64,000 nt of DNA from Sedimentisphaerales bacterium (GTDB taxonomy: Bacteria; Planctomycetota; Phycisphaerae; Sedimentisphaerales; Anaerobacaceae). Shown here one piece after another: positions 61,796-64,000 of this stretch (position 1 is its first letter; every line of letters starts with the position of its first letter). The position numbers and the translations under genes are program-made. The notes beneath the pieces were generated by a model. It was not told the origin of the DNA, ran no database searches, and saw only the letters and a list, made by a program, of their open reading frames with translations. Where the stretch lies: the NCBI GenBank assembly GCA_963708075.1, contig OY970194.1, positions 3,456,001 through 3,520,000 on the forward strand. Direction: 5' to 3'.

Positions 61796-62290
61796 ATGAC
61801 GACGTGTGTGAGAAGATTGTCTGTGTCGGCGGTCGTGCTGGCCGCCGGTGTGCTGGTGTGTGGAGGGGCACTGTGGTGGCATTGGCGGAGAATGCCGGCG
61901 TTTCACTTCCTGCGTGGTCAGCAGCCCGTGTCTCACCAGCGGTACGCACACGGCCGCCTGGATACGTATTGCCTTGCGGGCGAATTCGAGAGTATTTGTG
62001 CCGAGATCAGCCGGGAACTGTCACGCGCCGGCTGTACCGATGTCAGTCCTCCGTTGGTCAGCAACTTTTATCGGGAATTCTCCCGGCCGGGGTTCAATCG
62101 AATCATCGTGCGCGTGCACCGCGGCATGTGCCAGGGAGTAAGTGAATCGATCATTACAATGGCCGGCGAGGGCAGTGTCGTGGTGGAGATCGGACGCAGT
62201 CGGCCCACCCTGTGGGAGTACGTGCTGGACCGGCTGCCCGACCGAACGACGCCGCCCAGCCCGGCGACGGAAATCAAGTCGCAACGATGA
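61796..62290 (+). CDS. Hypothetical membrane-anchored protein
   Basis: N-terminal TM followed by ~130 aa. Confidence 0.45.
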   Translation: MTTCVRRLSVSAVVLAAGVLVCGGALWWHWRRMPAFHFLRGQQPVSHQRYAHGRLDTYCLAGEFESICAEISRELSRAGCTDVSPPLVSNFYREFSRPGFNRIIVRVHRGMCQGVSESIITMAGEGSVVVEIGRSRPTLWEYVLDRLPDRTTPPSPATEIKSQR

Positions 62291-62643
62291 ACGGTGGTCG
62301 GTAGGCGGCAGTCGGTTGTCGGTGGGGATTCACGCCGGGTACGTGTTTGGCGTCGAGCCTCCCAATCGCCGGGTGCCAGCGCCAAACTCGTTGGGTTCAC
62401 CCCACATTGTCGGGATTTGGGTGGCAGCGGCAAGAGGAGTCTTCGGGGCTTGCCGCTGCCACCCGGCACTGTGCCTGAAACTCGCCCAGACACCTCCAAA
62501 TGTTACGGGTTTTCCCTTGCTTTTCGATTGCGCCTGTGCGAGAATAATTGTCTGCAGGGCGGGATAAGCAGGAGGCCTTCTGCGGATTCTCGTCGGAGAT
62601 GAACTCACCGAGTGTGTCACGGGCAAATGGTCAGGAGCGGAGT

Positions 62644-63504
62644 ATGAGAAACGCGGCAATTATCGTCGTTCTGTGGATCAGTGGTCTGGCGGCAGCGGAG
62701 GAGGCGGTTTCCGACCTCAACGGCAAGGTGGGCTATGCCGGCGGAAGCATGGAGGGCGACTGGGGCAACAATGTGTCGGCCAGCGGCAGTCTCCCGGTGA
62801 CCTCGAACGTCGGCTTTCAGGCCGACTGGTTGTACACGGACGTTTCCGACCGCGAATTCCTGGGGTCGGCGGCCCATCTGTTCTGGCGTGACCCGCAGAA
62901 GGGCCTGCTGGGACTGGTGGGCGGCGGTGTCGATGAGGAGGACATCGATTCGCTCCGGGGCGGCGTCGAAGGGGAGTACTACCTTGAGCACTTCACCCTG
63001 ACAGCCACCGCCGGGGTCGCGAGCCTTGAATATGACGACGGGCCGTTCCCCTTCATCGACGATGACGTGACGGATTTCTTCGGCGGCGCGGGCATCCGGT
63101 ACTATCCCCTGGACAACCTGATGCTGTCCGTCTCCTACCTGCATGTCTTTGACAACGAGCTCGTGCTGGGCATGGCGGAATATCAGACCCCCATCCACGG
63201 TCTGAGCGTGTTCGCCCAGATCGCCGACGGCGAGCACGGCTACGACCACGCCCTGTTTGGCGTCCAATTTTACATCGGCCGGGCCAAGAGCCTCATCCAG
63301 CGCCATCGCTCGGACGATCCGCAGAACCTCGTCCCGGACATCCTCTATGGCATAGGCGTCTACGGCGCTGAGTTCAACGGACGAGCCAGGGAATACGCCG
63401 AAACACACCCGGGCGCACAGGGCAGCAGCGGCAACTACGGAGTGCACTTCTCGACCGGTAGCAATGTCTCCGAAGAGCCGCCGGAGGACTGGGAGGAACC
63501 GTGA
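62644..63504 (+). CDS. Hypothetical exported protein, probable outer-membrane beta-barrel
   Basis: Signal peptide; amphipathic strands, HLFWRDP.KGLLG, EGEYY, RYYP.DN. Confidence 0.7.
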   Translation: MRNAAIIVVLWISGLAAAEEAVSDLNGKVGYAGGSMEGDWGNNVSASGSLPVTSNVGFQADWLYTDVSDREFLGSAAHLFWRDPQKGLLGLVGGGVDEEDIDSLRGGVEGEYYLEHFTLTATAGVASLEYDDGPFPFIDDDVTDFFGGAGIRYYPLDNLMLSVSYLHVFDNELVLGMAEYQTPIHGLSVFAQIADGEHGYDHALFGVQFYIGRAKSLIQRHRSDDPQNLVPDILYGIGVYGAEFNGRAREYAETHPGAQGSSGNYGVHFSTGSNVSEEPPEDWEEP

Positions 63505-63623
63505 CGACAGTCACCTGTGATTGCCAGCCCCGAATAGCGGTTCCCTTCTGCGTGGTTCGCGTATTTCGCGGTTTCCATATCTGCGTTGCTAACTCGCAAC
63601 AACTGAAAAAGATTTCCAGATCT

Positions 63624-64000
63624 TCATGCGGCGGCTTTGTTAAGTTGTTCTGTGGTGGCCTTTTGCGTTAGCGAGATGGTAGCGATGATTTTGGCTCCGT
63701 TCGCGGTCAGGCGATACTTGCGAGTCTTGGGCAGACGGCGGATGATCTTGTGCTCTCGCAATAGCCGCAGCAGATACGTCACCTTCGCCGAGACCTCCTT
63801 GGCAGGACGGTTTGGATAGAGACGGCCGGCAATATCCCGATTGCGGAAATCCCCGACCAGTCCACAGGTCGCCACCGCCGCCAGCAGTTGCTGGTCCGCC
63901 TCGGACCAGGGTCGCAGCGCCCGGATCGATTTGCCCCTGCGGATGTGACGCCGGCAGATGGGCGAGACCACTTCTTCCACTCGCTCACTGGTGTCGAGCT
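63624..64000 (-). CDS. 3' end of a protein with a C-terminal winged-helix; possible mobile-element protein (partial)
   Basis: RALRPW...FRNRDI...YLLRLLR.H.II.R.P.T.KY.LT; runs off the window edge. Confidence 0.55.
   Translation of the reverse strand, partial: LDTSERVEEVVSPICRRHIRRGKSIRALRPWSEADQQLLAAVATCGLVGDFRNRDIAGRLYPNRPAKEVSAKVTYLLRLLREHKIIRRLPKTRKYRLTANGAKIIATISLTQKATTEQLNKAAA

Overview
GC-rich bacterial chromosomal window. The gene content (ECF sigma/Ser-Thr kinase pairs, dockerin-like + LamG secreted proteins, VPAP-type PEP-CTERM tails) suggests a planctomycete, probably Phycisphaerae/Sedimentisphaerales; this is inference. Housekeeping genes include mreD(3')-mrdA, a short dcw cluster (mraZ-orf-rsmH-LysM-ftsL-like-ftsI), proB, pit/DUF47, an Rh-type ammonium channel, a GH13 glucosidase and tRNA-Leu(CAA). 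An accessory region at 44-61 kb carries repeated ECF/kinase/beta-propeller modules. Intergenic DNA is crowded with small selfish elements: two IS630, one IS1182, an IS200 relic, IS50-ended MITEs, several REP-like palindrome families, a GIY-YIG gene bracketed by perfect 30-bp inverted repeats and a free HNH-AP2 gene. The least explained signals are (i) a non-CRISPR array of nine GCGAAACAAAGCCAAT repeats with mostly unrelated spacers, (ii) five independent +1 frameshifts all at GAGAACC (GAGACC plus one A), suggesting a modified-base motif, and (iii) a possible GIY-YIG-driven REP system with nested ~24-bp micro-insertions. All calls were made by eye; no database searches were run.
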